DNA of 64,000 nt, from NCBI GenBank assembly GCA_965226915.1, contig CBDDEJ010000010.1:772190-836189 (forward strand), read 5' to 3'. The stretch comes from Dehalococcoidia bacterium. Lineage in GTDB: Bacteria > Chloroflexota > Dehalococcoidia > Lucifugimonadales > UBA3495. Below, piece by piece: positions 30,290-40,345 of the stretch (position 1 is its first letter; each line of letters starts with the position of its first letter). A program made the position numbers and the translations under genes. The notes under the pieces were generated by a model. The model was given only the letters and a program-made list of their open reading frames with translations. It did not search any database and had not been told where the DNA came from.

Positions 30290-30478
30290 GTGGTCACAAA
30301 GCCTAGCAAAGATGAGATCGATCTGATCCTGGGGGAATTAACCGAGAAAGCGGTTGCGCTGTGGGGTGAAGAACGGGCGAAAATCCTGCAATCATCATTG
30401 GAGCAAACGGCAACCCATCTATGGGACATCAGGCAGGCGGAACCGGGCGCTAGTGTGGAACCAGGATTTTTTCAGTAA
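30290..30478 (+). CDS. small (62 aa) AtzG/GatC-like putative amidase accessory subunit
   Basis: GTG at 30290 lies 5 nt after GGAGGA. Helical, with a C-terminal ..SVEPGFFQ tail. Sits 150 nt upstream of the amidase. Confidence 0.4.
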   Translation: MVTKPSKDEIDLILGELTEKAVALWGEERAKILQSSLEQTATHLWDIRQAEPGASVEPGFFQ

Positions 30479-30541
30479 GCATGCACTACCAGCCTCGGGT
30501 AAGCCAGCTAAAGTTGCTGACTTTGTATCTAAAACGGGATT

Positions 30542-30610
30542 GGTTCGACAAGCTCACCAAGAACCGATGGTAACCAGCCCTTGCGCTCGTCCTGAGCCTG
30601 CTAAAGAACC
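30542..30610. repeat. palindromic intergenic repeat, same family as 27388-27448
   Basis: Carries TTCGACAAGCTCACC and CGCTCGTCCTGAGCCTG. Confidence 0.5.
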
Positions 30611-30627
30611 CATTGAGAGGATTGATC

Positions 30628-31986
30628 ATGGCGCAACCCCACGAGCTTAGCGTTGCACGATCGGCCGAGGAGATTCGTCAGGGACACGTTTCTCCCGTGG
30701 AATTGGCTGAAAGTCTGTTGGGAAGGATAGACAACCTGGAGCCAGATCTACAGGCTTGGGTCACCATCGACCGGGAAGACGTTCTCAGCGCGGCCAAGGA
30801 CCGGGAGGAAGACCTGAAATCGGGCCGGCCTTCCGGACTGATCCACGGAGTGCCCGTTGGTCTTAAAGATATCTTTTACACCGCCGGCATGAAGACCACC
30901 GCTTGCTCCCGGATCTACGCAGATTTCGTCCCCGAATACGACGCCACCTGCGTGGCTAAGATCAAAGCGGCCGGAGGGATAGTCCTGGGCAAGGCGGTCA
31001 CCACCGAGTTTGCCACGTCGGACCCTTCTCCCACTCGAAATCCGTGGAATCCGGCCCACACCCCCGGCGGTTCCAGCAGCGGCTCAGCGGTGGCGGTGGC
31101 CACGCAGATGTGCGCCGCGGCATTGGGGTCTCAAACCGGCGGCTCCACCTGCCGGCCCGCCGCTTACAACGGCATCGTCGGACTGAAAGCCACTTACGGC
31201 AGGATCAGCCGTTACGGCGTGGTGCCGGTTAGTTGGTCGTTGGACACCGTGGGCATCTTGGTGCGCACCGTTGAGGATGCGGCCACCATGCTTCAGGTCA
31301 TGGCTGGTCATGACCCCAACGACCCCGGTTCCTCAACCGAGCCGGTGCCCGATTTCCTGGAGGAAATGCGGTTGGCGGACAGGCCGCCGCGCATCGGACT
31401 TCTGTCACGATTCTTCAAAGACCATTCCACCAGCGAGGTCTGGCAACATACCATTGATGCCGCCCAGAAACTTGCCCAGGCTGGCGCCACCGTGGAAGAC
31501 GTGGATTTGCCGCCCAGTTTCGCCTCCTGCCACAGCGTCCAGCGTTTGGTGATGAACGTGGAATGCGCCGCGTTCCATGAAGAATTCTACCGCGACCGGG
31601 CGGACGAGTACGGCCCCAGGATCAGGTCCGGAATCGAGATGGGGTTGTTGGTGTCCGGCGTCGACTATTTGAAAGCCCAGCGCTTGCGCCGTGTTTTCCG
31701 GCAAGAGATGACCGGAATGCTCGACGGGTACGATGTGGTGCTGACCCCAGCCACACCGGCGCCGGCCCCCAGGGACCTGAACACCACCGGAGACGCCGCA
31801 TTCCAGTCGCCTTGGACTTCCAGCGGGCTGCCCAGCATAGTGATACCCTCCGGGCTGAGCCAAGACGGCTTGCCGCTGGGGATTCAGCTGGCGGCCGCGC
31901 CCTGGCGGGAAGGCGCGCTGCTGGGCGCTGCTCAATGGGCGCAAAAAGCCTTGGGAGTCAACCTTTCGCCTCCCCAAAACCCCTGA
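30628..31986 (+). CDS. amidase-signature (GatA-like) amidase
   Basis: Motifs GVPVGLKDIF and GGSSSGSAVAVA. Confidence 0.9.
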   Translation: MAQPHELSVARSAEEIRQGHVSPVELAESLLGRIDNLEPDLQAWVTIDREDVLSAAKDREEDLKSGRPSGLIHGVPVGLKDIFYTAGMKTTACSRIYADFVPEYDATCVAKIKAAGGIVLGKAVTTEFATSDPSPTRNPWNPAHTPGGSSSGSAVAVATQMCAAALGSQTGGSTCRPAAYNGIVGLKATYGRISRYGVVPVSWSLDTVGILVRTVEDAATMLQVMAGHDPNDPGSSTEPVPDFLEEMRLADRPPRIGLLSRFFKDHSTSEVWQHTIDAAQKLAQAGATVEDVDLPPSFASCHSVQRLVMNVECAAFHEEFYRDRADEYGPRIRSGIEMGLLVSGVDYLKAQRLRRVFRQEMTGMLDGYDVVLTPATPAPAPRDLNTTGDAAFQSPWTSSGLPSIVIPSGLSQDGLPLGIQLAAAPWREGALLGAAQWAQKALGVNLSPPQNP

Positions 31987-32176
31987 TATGTCCGCCAGGC
32001 TTGCCTGGCATGATTTTTATTTCCGGACAGACTCAGGAGGATATTGCCGCCGTCCTCAGCAGCGCCGGCTGAGAATCTGCCGGAGGCCGTTTCCCGGACA
32101 AATCCTTCCCCAGCGGACCTGCATCATAATCTACGGACCCAATACCCACTTGATCAGTGGCCACGGGAGAAAATCG

Positions 32177-33790
32177 GTGAGCGATGAATTCGACCTGATT
32201 GTCATAGGCGGAGGCTCGGCCGGGCTTACCGCGTCGGATTTTGCCGCCAAGTTGGGCTTGAAGGTTGCACTGGTGGAAAAAGACCGTTTGGGCGGCGATT
32301 GCACTTGGACTGGTTGCGTTCCAAGCAAGACGCTTCTTCATATAGCCGATACCGTCCACCAGATGGCCGGAGCATCGTCATTTAGATCGGACTATCGGCA
32401 GGGGGAGCAGCCGCCCCCGCAACCTGAGGTCGACCTGCAAAAAGTCATGTCACGGGTGCGCGAGGCCGTGGACCGGGTTTATTCCAGGGAGGAGCCCGAC
32501 TTCATGGAGAAAAGCGGCATCCGCGTGATTCAACGAGAGGCGCGGTTCGTTGACCCTCACACACTGGCTGTGGGTGAGTCTCGATTGAAAGCACGGCGTT
32601 TCCTTATAACCACCGGTGCCCGGCCATTCATCCCGCCAATCTCCGGACTGAACGAAACCAGCTATTTAACCTACCGATCGATCTGGGATTTGGAAGCGTT
32701 GCCATCAAGCCTGGTGGTTATGGGCGCCGGTCCCATCGGGTGCGAGTTGGCCCAGGCTTTCTGCCGGTTGGGCAGCCGGGTGACACTGGTTGAAGGGGCT
32801 GATCGGGTCCTGCTAAATGACGAACCCGAGGCCGCCCAAGTATTAGCCGGGCGTTTGACCGAAGAGGGCGTTGATCTTCGCCTGGGACAGATGGTCGAAA
32901 GGGTCACTCAAGACGGCCCTGCAGTCAGAGTAGCCGTGGGGGGGGGGAAGAGTTGGCCGGGCAGGCATTGTTGGTGGCGGTTGGCCGCCGGCCCAACGTC
33001 GATGGCCTAGAAACTCGGACGGAAACCCCGATTCTCCCCAAGCCGTCGTTTTCTCAGCGACGATTGTCGATGTAACAGTGGGTTCTTGAACCATATTACA
33101 GATAGTATCATGCCACATAAGACTATAATACGTCTGTCTGGCGTAGCGCGAAACCCGGCCAATGGCTTTCCGGCCAGACTTCTAGGACTGGAGGAGGCGA
33201 AAGTGTCGTTTAGTCCGCAGGGAATTGGAGTGGACCGAAAGCTGCGGACGTCACAAAAGCATATTTACGCTGCTGGAGATTGCGCCGGGGGCTACCAGTT
33301 CACTCATTACGCGGGCTGGCAAGGGTTCACGGCAGTTCGCAACGCGTTTTTGCCAGGTTCTACCCTTGGTGTGTTGGAATCCGCCCCATGGACCACCTTT
33401 ACCGACCCAGAGGTAGCCCACACCGGATTGACCGAAGACCAGGCTAGGGAAAAGATCGGCGGCGCGTTGCAGGTTTCCAGCTGGCCGATGTCCCGGGTGG
33501 ACCGGGCGGCTACTGGAGGTGACGAATCTGGCTTCATCAAAGTGGTGCACAGAAAGAATGGGACTGTGTTGGGCGCCACCGTGGTAAGCCGGCGGGCTGG
33601 CGAATTGATCAACGAATGGTCTCTGGCGATTGATAATAGCGTCAAATTGGGCGCCATCGCAAAGTCGATTCACGTGTACCCCACCTACTCCATGGGAAAC
33701 ATGCAGTTGGCGGCGCAAACTGAAGTCGACCGACTATTGACCGGCGCAATGGGGAGACTGGTCAGGCGGTTGGCCCAGTTTGGCAAGTGA
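32177..33790 (+). pseudogene. FAD-dependent pyridine nucleotide-disulfide oxidoreductase (Lpd/MerA-like), broken by a G10 frameshift and a MITE-A insertion
   Basis: Motifs DLIVIGGGSAG, GGDCTWTGCVPSK, VVMGAGPIGCE and AAGDC. GTG at 32177. See findings. Confidence 0.8.
33007..33185 (+). mobile_element. MITE-A copy 3, inside the oxidoreductase coding sequence
   Basis: CTAG at 33007 and 33182. 6 mismatches versus copy 2. Confidence 0.85.
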
Positions 33791-33844
33791 CACCGGCTCC
33801 ATTTCACGCGTTGCAAAGATCCTCGCAGGACGGGCGTTTTGGCG

Positions 33845-34329
33845 TTAAGGCGACGGCCTGCGGATGGTGGCGTCAATCAATATGGGATCGTAACCCAGCT
33901 CCATGGCTCTAGTAGCCTCTACCTTTGCCTTTAGAGCATAGCCTTGCGCTTCGTAGATTACGGCTCGGCCAAAATGGGCTTGGGCCATGGCGGCTTTGTA
34001 ACTTTGGTAGTCACGCGTGGCGATCTTGAGCACCATTCGCTTTTCGTAGCTGATTGCCTCGTCGTAATCCCACAACGCTTGAGCGAAATTCCCCACGAGG
34101 CTTCCCCCAGTTTCACATAGGCCACGGCGAAGTCGGGTTTTAACCTTATAGCTTGATCGTATTCCCTGATGGCTTTTTCAAGCTCGCCCTGTTTATGCAA
34201 ATTCAAGCCCTCTTTGAAATGGTCTTGGGAGAGGCTCATACCCGTGAAGAACATTGGGTTTATAAATGCCACTATGACGCCCGTGAGGGGAGAGCCGATC
34301 AGGAGGAGATAAGCGATTTTGAGGCCCAT
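33845..34329 (-). pseudogene. membrane-anchored TPR-repeat protein with a frameshift near 34100
   Basis: ORF 33958..34329 (TM helix plus TPR, ..AYVKLGEA) continues in the other frame as ORF 33845..34096 (GNFAQALWDYDEAI..). Confidence 0.55.
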
Positions 34330-34753
34330 CGGGATACCCGTCCGGAATTCCTGCGGGAGTGGCGGCGGTTTACCCGCCTATCTGGGAGGTTAGCCTAAAA
34401 TCGGAACTAATGTGACCGAGGCTTTTGGCGGCGGGAGATTCGTGGAGATTCCGGGTGAGTGATGGATGGCCGCCTGAGTGTCGAACGAGGTCTAGCAGAT
34501 TTGAGGCCCACCGCGGGAGCCCCTCCCCCTCCAACCTATACTTCCCAGCCGGAGGGAAAACCCGCGGTGAGGACCCAGTTATGCTTTTAAGCCAACCCAT
34601 CGAAGTTCAAACCACCAATTCTCGCGGGCTGATGTTGGGGCGACTTAGATCGTGCCTATGCGCGCTGGGAATCCGGCGGGCGGGCGTAAAAATGGGGTGC
34701 AGGCCCCTGCCGCGGCGCGGTGTTTTGTACGCCTCATCGAATCTGGGTAATCT

Positions 34754-35701
34754 CTAGAATATGGCAATGGGATTCACCGGGGAACCGGTGGTGTTGTGCA
34801 GTCTCAAGGGCCCGATTGACACCATGAACTCCCAGCGGTTCCTCTCCCGGCAGGCTTGGGAGACGTCCTCCAGATTGGCGTTGTCCAGTATCCAAAGGCC
34901 CATGGCAGTAATTCCGACCTGGTGGATGGGACTCTGCACCTTGGTGTATTGGGGCGGGCTGACATCGTTGCCGGTGTCGGACCCCATCATGGCGATGCCT
35001 CTCTCATGAAACAGGGGCAAGCACGCCGCTTGACAAGCGGTTGATCCCGCGGACCGGCCCACGGGGCCTTCCACGTTCCGCCGGTGAAGCTGGCCGGTGC
35101 GGATGAGAAGCAGGTCACCCTCTTCAACTTTGAAACCGCAGCGTTCCTCGGCCTGCAAGATGTCGTCGGGCATCACGCCTTCGCCCCTCTCAACCCAATC
35201 GGTCCCCCTGATCATGGGAACATCCACCAGCACTCCCCTGGTGACTATTCCGTTCTTGGCTTCTTCCACCGAGCAGACGGTTGCTCCCTGGTTGGTGGCC
35301 ACCATGTGGGCTGGATTGCCGTTGTATGTTTTGCCCTCCCAGAAAAAATGGGCCAGGCTATCCACGTGGGTGATGGTGAATCCATGGAAGATCATCCCAA
35401 AATAATCCGAGGCCGCCGCGGTTGCTCTGGTGGTGACTTTGTCGCCACTAGCCCACCCTTCGCCGCTCTCCACCATGAAATGCACCGGAGGATTTGGAGC
35501 ATCGAGTGAGGCCTCGAAGTTGACCGTCCGTGACATAGTGACGGTGGTCCCTTCCTGGACCGTGGCGATGGCTCGTTTGGTTTTCTCGGCGGTTATCAAG
35601 TTGGGGGCGCCTAACTGGTCGTCATCGCCCCAACGTCCCCAATTGGAGAGGGACTTGAAATAGCTAAGGACTTCTTCTTCTGTGGGGATGTTGGCCTGCA
35701 T
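34754..35701 (-). CDS. cyclase-family protein (kynurenine formamidase-like)
   Basis: Motifs WGRWGDDDQLGAPNLIT, THVDSLAHF and GVLVDV. Confidence 0.85.
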   Translation of the reverse strand: MQANIPTEEEVLSYFKSLSNWGRWGDDDQLGAPNLITAEKTKRAIATVQEGTTVTMSRTVNFEASLDAPNPPVHFMVESGEGWASGDKVTTRATAAASDYFGMIFHGFTITHVDSLAHFFWEGKTYNGNPAHMVATNQGATVCSVEEAKNGIVTRGVLVDVPMIRGTDWVERGEGVMPDDILQAEERCGFKVEEGDLLLIRTGQLHRRNVEGPVGRSAGSTACQAACLPLFHERGIAMMGSDTGNDVSPPQYTKVQSPIHQVGITAMGLWILDNANLEDVSQACRERNRWEFMVSIGPLRLHNTTGSPVNPIAIF

Positions 35702-35802
35702 GGTTGTCCTCCTTCTTTAGCTGTCAGCTTTCAGCGTTCAGCTCTCAGCCTTTGGTTGAGGCGCGGGTTTTGGAAAATCCACCGGTTTTTGATTGACGGT
35801 TT

Positions 35803-35835
35803 AAATCCCCCCTAACCCCACTTTGCAAATGGGGG
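35803..35835. repeat. solo copy of the MITE-C arm-type palindromic repeat
   Basis: AAATCCCCCCTAACCCCACTTTGCAAATGGGGG, flanked by TCAGC/GCTGA heptamer runs at 35720-35750 and 35854-35870. Confidence 0.6.
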
Positions 35836-35868
35836 CGGGCGGGACCATTTTTGGCTGATAGCTGATAG

Positions 35869-37224
35869 CTAAACGCTCAATGGCGGCGATAACTGAACGT
35901 TCAACGCGGATTCGCACCAACTGGCCGCAGCGAATAGGCTGGCTTCCTGGAAGTGGGCCGACGCCAGTTGGATCCCAAAGGGAAGCCCCGATGACGCCAG
36001 GCCGGACGGGATCGAAATGGCCGGGAGACCGCACGATGTCCAAGGCCCTTGGTACATTGAGTTGCCCGTGTTGGTCAGGTCGGCCAGCGCTGGTGTGGGA
36101 GTGGACGCCGTCAATAAAACGTCGGCTTTCGCGGATGCGTCTTTCATATCGGCGATGAACCTCAAACGGCGCTCCAGGGCCCTGGAATAGTCCGCTGAAC
36201 TGGTTTCCAATCCCAAGCGCAGCATTTCCCTCAAAATGGGCTGGTATTCTTCGGAACGGGTGCGGAACATGTCCTGGTGAAACGCGCCGCCCTCCACGGC
36301 CATGATCAGCCGTTGGTCGTCCATGGCGGTTTCGATACTGTCCGCCAGGGTGATCTCCTCGACTGTGGCGCCGGCGCGGGCCAGCTTCTCGGCGATCTGC
36401 TCCGTGTGGGCTCGAGTCTCGGCGTCGGAATTTTCATGGAAGTAACCGCGCAACAGGCCAATTCGCGGAGGATTGGGATTTGTGGCAGCCCTTAAATAAT
36501 CATCCGGCTCCATGACCGGCGACACGGGATCTAGAGGGTCTGGACCGGCCATGACATTCAACAACAGGGCGGCATCCTCAACGTTGCGGGTCAGCCAGCC
36601 AGCCGTGTCCAGGGACCAGCTGACCGGAATGATTCCGTGGCGGCTTACCCGGCCCAGAGTGGGTTTAAAACCCACTACGCCATTGTACGAGGCGGGCCGC
36701 AGAACAGAACCGATGGTCTGGGAGCCCATTGCCGCCGCGCACATTTTGACAGACACCGCCACGGCGGAACCGCTGCTGGAACCGCCAGGGGTGTGAGCCG
36801 GGTTCCAAGGATTCAGCGTGGGTGATGGGTCGAGACAAGCGAATTCGGTGGTCACCGTCTTGCCCAGCATTAGGGCGCCGGCGTTCTTCATCAAGGTTAC
36901 CGTGGTGGCGTCGTATTCGGGTACGAAATCTGCATACAGCCGGGAGCAGGCCGTGGTGGGAATCCCGGCGGTGTAATAGATGTCCTTTAGCCCTATGGGG
37001 ACCCCGTGAAGAGGACCCAGCGCGGCGCCAGGTTTTACTTGCTCGGCCTTTTTTCGCGCCTCAGTTAGCACCGCCTCCCGGTCCAGGTACACCCAGGCCT
37101 TTAGATTGGGCTCCAGGGCTTCAATGCGCCCCAGCAACGACTCCGCCAGCTCCACCGGGGAGAGATCTCCCTGGGCAATCTGCCGGGCGGCTTGAACAAC
37201 GGTTAACAAGTATGGCTGCGACAT
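35869..37224 (-). CDS. amidase-signature (GatA-like) amidase
   Basis: Motifs GVPIGLKDIY and GGSSSGSAVAVS. ATG at 37224. Confidence 0.9.
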   Translation of the reverse strand: MSQPYLLTVVQAARQIAQGDLSPVELAESLLGRIEALEPNLKAWVYLDREAVLTEARKKAEQVKPGAALGPLHGVPIGLKDIYYTAGIPTTACSRLYADFVPEYDATTVTLMKNAGALMLGKTVTTEFACLDPSPTLNPWNPAHTPGGSSSGSAVAVSVKMCAAAMGSQTIGSVLRPASYNGVVGFKPTLGRVSRHGIIPVSWSLDTAGWLTRNVEDAALLLNVMAGPDPLDPVSPVMEPDDYLRAATNPNPPRIGLLRGYFHENSDAETRAHTEQIAEKLARAGATVEEITLADSIETAMDDQRLIMAVEGGAFHQDMFRTRSEEYQPILREMLRLGLETSSADYSRALERRLRFIADMKDASAKADVLLTASTPTPALADLTNTGNSMYQGPWTSCGLPAISIPSGLASSGLPFGIQLASAHFQEASLFAAASWCESALNVQLSPPLSV

Positions 37225-37267
37225 TCTGATCCAACTCCAATGAGTACAAGTTTCAATCATTGCTCAT

Positions 37268-37306
37268 CGCTGACAGCTGATATCTGATATCTGATTGCTG
37301 ATAGCT
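37268..37306. repeat. degenerate heptamer array (GCTGAyA / CTGATAT)
   Basis: GCTGACAGCTGATATCTGATATCTGATTGCTGATAGC lies between the two amidase genes. Confidence 0.6.
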
Positions 37307-38721
37307 TAGACGGGCGGCCGCCTCAGATGCCAATCCGTGGCTTGTTGGTAGGCATGGGCGACCTGGAAAACAGTGGATTCGTCGAAGGGTTTACCGGCGA
37401 TTTGCAAGCCTATGGGTAGATCATCCGGGGTGAACCCGCAGCCAACGGATAATGCGGGAAGACTGGCCAGGTTGAACGGCGCCGTGAAGCCCCGGCGTCC
37501 GGCAAAGTCCTTTAGAACCTCTTCTTTGCTGTTGACACCCGCTTTAGTGGGGATGGGAGAGGCAGGGATCGACGAGGTCGGCATGACCAAAACGTCCACC
37601 TGCTCAAGCGCCTCCATGATCTGCCGCCGCAGCATCTCCCGCAGCCGCACTGCCTTCTGGTGCGCCTGGGCGGGCATGATGCTGCCGGTCAAAAGGCGTA
37701 TCTGAATATTGTGGTCATACTGGTCCAGGTGGTCCCGAATCCCTTGCCGGTGAACGTTGACCGCGTCGACTGCGGTCACGGCCGCAGATACCGCGGCCGA
37801 GTCGGCGATCAGAGGAATCGAGACTTCTTTGACGTTTGCGCCCAATTCTCCCAGGACCGAGATTGCTTTGATCACGCCGTCGCGAATGTCCGGGTCGACG
37901 GCGGTGGTGTTGACCCGTTCCTGGATCACTCCGACTCTCAAATGCCGGATATCGCCGGTCATGGCGGCCAGGTAGTCGGGCACCGGCGCGTCCCAGGTGT
38001 AGGGGTCTTTAGGGTCGTGTCCGGCAATGGCCGCCAGCGTAATGGCGCAATCGGACACCGTGCGGGAAATCGGTCCGGCTATATCCATGGACCACGAGGC
38101 GCCAAGGACCCCGTAGCGGCTTACTCGCCCCCAACTGGGACGAAGGCCTGTTAGACCGCAGAACGCCGCCGGTCCCCGAATAGAGCCGCCGGTGTCTTCG
38201 CCCAAAGAGGTGGCGCAAAGGAACGCCGCCGTGGCCGCCCCGGAGCCGCTGCTGGACGTGCCAGGGTTGCGGGAAAGGTCCCAGGGATTTCGGGGCCGCC
38301 CGTATGGGTGGTGAAAGGCGTCTCCCATGGCGAATTCGCTCATGTTCAACTTGCCCAGCAAGACAGCGCCCGCTTCTTTCAGATTCGATATGATGGTGGC
38401 GTCTTCATCGGGCACCAGGTCTTTGAGGATGTTGGATCCGCCCGTGGTGCGGATACCCTTGGTGTAAAACTGGTCTTTTACCGCCACCGGTATACCGTGC
38501 ATCGGACCTTTATAGGCGCCGGACGTTATTTCTCCTTCCGCCCGGCGACCCTCGGCCAGGGCTTCATCGCGGCAAACGGTGATATAGGAGTTCAGTTGTC
38601 CGTCGACCTTTTCAATCCGGTCCAGATATGCTTGGGTAGCTTCAACGGGCGACACCTCCCGGTTTTTGATCAGGCTGCCAAGTTCGGTGGCGGAAAGAAA
38701 AGGTATCTGATTCGCGTCCAT
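37306..38721 (-). CDS. amidase-signature (GatA-like) amidase
   Basis: Motifs GIPVAVKDQF and GTSSSGSGAATA. Confidence 0.9.
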   Translation of the reverse strand: MDANQIPFLSATELGSLIKNREVSPVEATQAYLDRIEKVDGQLNSYITVCRDEALAEGRRAEGEITSGAYKGPMHGIPVAVKDQFYTKGIRTTGGSNILKDLVPDEDATIISNLKEAGAVLLGKLNMSEFAMGDAFHHPYGRPRNPWDLSRNPGTSSSGSGAATAAFLCATSLGEDTGGSIRGPAAFCGLTGLRPSWGRVSRYGVLGASWSMDIAGPISRTVSDCAITLAAIAGHDPKDPYTWDAPVPDYLAAMTGDIRHLRVGVIQERVNTTAVDPDIRDGVIKAISVLGELGANVKEVSIPLIADSAAVSAAVTAVDAVNVHRQGIRDHLDQYDHNIQIRLLTGSIMPAQAHQKAVRLREMLRRQIMEALEQVDVLVMPTSSIPASPIPTKAGVNSKEEVLKDFAGRRGFTAPFNLASLPALSVGCGFTPDDLPIGLQIAGKPFDESTVFQVAHAYQQATDWHLRRPPV

Positions 38722-38871
38722 GGCCGATGCTCCAAAAGCAGGATATGGCGGTGATTACATTGGGGCGTCTACCTAAGTAGACCGGAGTGGCACGGCTGAA
38801 ACAGCGCCATTGTGCCGTGGCTGGATAGGCTTGTCAACGCCGAAAATTTACGCATGTCTTGCGAGCCGGAT

Positions 38872-38880
38872 TGGTATAAT
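38872..38880 (+). promoter_or_regulatory. extended -10 promoter candidate (TGgTATAAT) for glmU
   Basis: TGGTATAAT lies 43 nt before the ATG. No good -35 box. Confidence 0.35.
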
Positions 38881-38922
38881 TACCCAACGATCTTAACAAC
38901 CAGAGACCGAAGAGGTGCCGCC

Positions 38923-40281
38923 ATGGACCAGTGGGCCGGAGTAGTGATAGCGGCCGGGCAAGGACAGAGGATGCGATCACGGCTTTCCAAGCCGCTGCAC
39001 CAGGTGTGCGGTAAGGAAATGATCCGGTATCCAGTAGAGTTGTTGAAGTCATTGGGGATTGGACGGATCGTGGTGGTGGCCTCTTCGGGCAACGCCGAAC
39101 AGATCAAAAAAGTATTGGGTTTAGACGCCACTATCGTGATTCAAGAAGAGCCCTTAGGAACGGGGGATGCTGTTGCGCGGGCCGGGCCGGCCCTCAATGG
39201 CCAGGCCAGCCATATATTGGTCCAGGGCGCCGACGCGCCATTGGTCAAGATAGAGACGGTTAAAGAACAGATGACGCTCCATCTTGCGGAATCCAATACA
39301 GGGACCTTTCTTTCCGCCATCGTTCCATCCGCTCGGGACCTAGGCCGGGTTCAGCGGGATGGAAATGGCCAAATCACCTGGATAATCGAGGCAGTTGAGT
39401 CTGGCCTAGGTTCAGGCGAGCCAGCTGAGGTCAATGGCGGAGTGTATTGCTTCGACGGTCCATGGCTTTGGGAGAACCTGAATGTGATTCAACCCAGCTC
39501 CGGTGGAGAGATATACCTCACTGATTTAGTGGGATTGGCCGCCAAGCAAGGCGTAGGAGTAGCTACGGTCATCGCCTCCGAAGCCGGCGACATCACCGGG
39601 GTTAACGACCGCGTGCAATTAGCCTGGGTAGAGGCGGAGCAACGCCGGCGCATCCGAGAAACGTTAATGCTGGCCGGAGTGACCATGTTGGACCCCTCGT
39701 CGGTTTACGTAGATGCGGATGTGACCATCGGCCGGGACACGGTGATATTTCCCAACACCATTATTTGCGGCAGCTCAAATATCGGAGAAGATTGTCAGAT
39801 CGGCCCTAACACCACCATCCGCGACTCATCGGTGGGAAACCGGTGCCGTATTACATCGTCGGCCTTAGAAGAGGCCACGATGGAAGACGACGTGGACATG
39901 GGTCCCTTCAGCCATCTGCGCCCGGGGGCTTATCTGGAATCGGGGGTCCACATTGGCAACTACGTGGAAGTCAAAGAAAGCCGGTTCGCCCGGGGTGCCG
40001 TCATGGGGCACTTTGGCTACATTGGAGACGCATCCATTGGGGCAGCCGCCAACCTGGGCGCTGGCCTCGTGACTTGTAATTTCGACGGGAAAGATAAGCA
40101 CCGGACGGTGGTTGGCGACGGAGCGTTCATCGGCTGCGACACTATGTTGGTGGCCCCGGTATCCGTGGGGGATGGCGCTACCACCGGGGCGGGCGCAGTG
40201 GTCATCGCCGACGTACCAGCGGGTAGACTGGCGGTGGGGGTCCCTGCTAAAATAATAGATAGAGACACAAATTCCGGCTGA
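38923..40281 (+). CDS. glmU: bifunctional UDP-N-acetylglucosamine diphosphorylase / glucosamine-1-phosphate N-acetyltransferase
   Basis: N-terminal AAGQGQRMRS..KPLH, plus a C-terminal left-handed beta-helix of hexapeptide repeats. Confidence 0.85.
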   Translation: MDQWAGVVIAAGQGQRMRSRLSKPLHQVCGKEMIRYPVELLKSLGIGRIVVVASSGNAEQIKKVLGLDATIVIQEEPLGTGDAVARAGPALNGQASHILVQGADAPLVKIETVKEQMTLHLAESNTGTFLSAIVPSARDLGRVQRDGNGQITWIIEAVESGLGSGEPAEVNGGVYCFDGPWLWENLNVIQPSSGGEIYLTDLVGLAAKQGVGVATVIASEAGDITGVNDRVQLAWVEAEQRRRIRETLMLAGVTMLDPSSVYVDADVTIGRDTVIFPNTIICGSSNIGEDCQIGPNTTIRDSSVGNRCRITSSALEEATMEDDVDMGPFSHLRPGAYLESGVHIGNYVEVKESRFARGAVMGHFGYIGDASIGAAANLGAGLVTCNFDGKDKHRTVVGDGAFIGCDTMLVAPVSVGDGATTGAGAVVIADVPAGRLAVGVPAKIIDRDTNSG

Positions 40282-40345
40282 CCTCCTGGCGGTAAACACC
40301 CACGGGTTCGGACACAATAGTGGGCGCGCTGGAGCGTTTGGGTTC

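Noticed and set aside
30628-38721. Reading the three amidases as GatA of a GatCAB tRNA amidotransferase.
   Set aside because: There is no gatB and there are three paralogues in a catabolic context. A housekeeping assignment is unsupported from this window.
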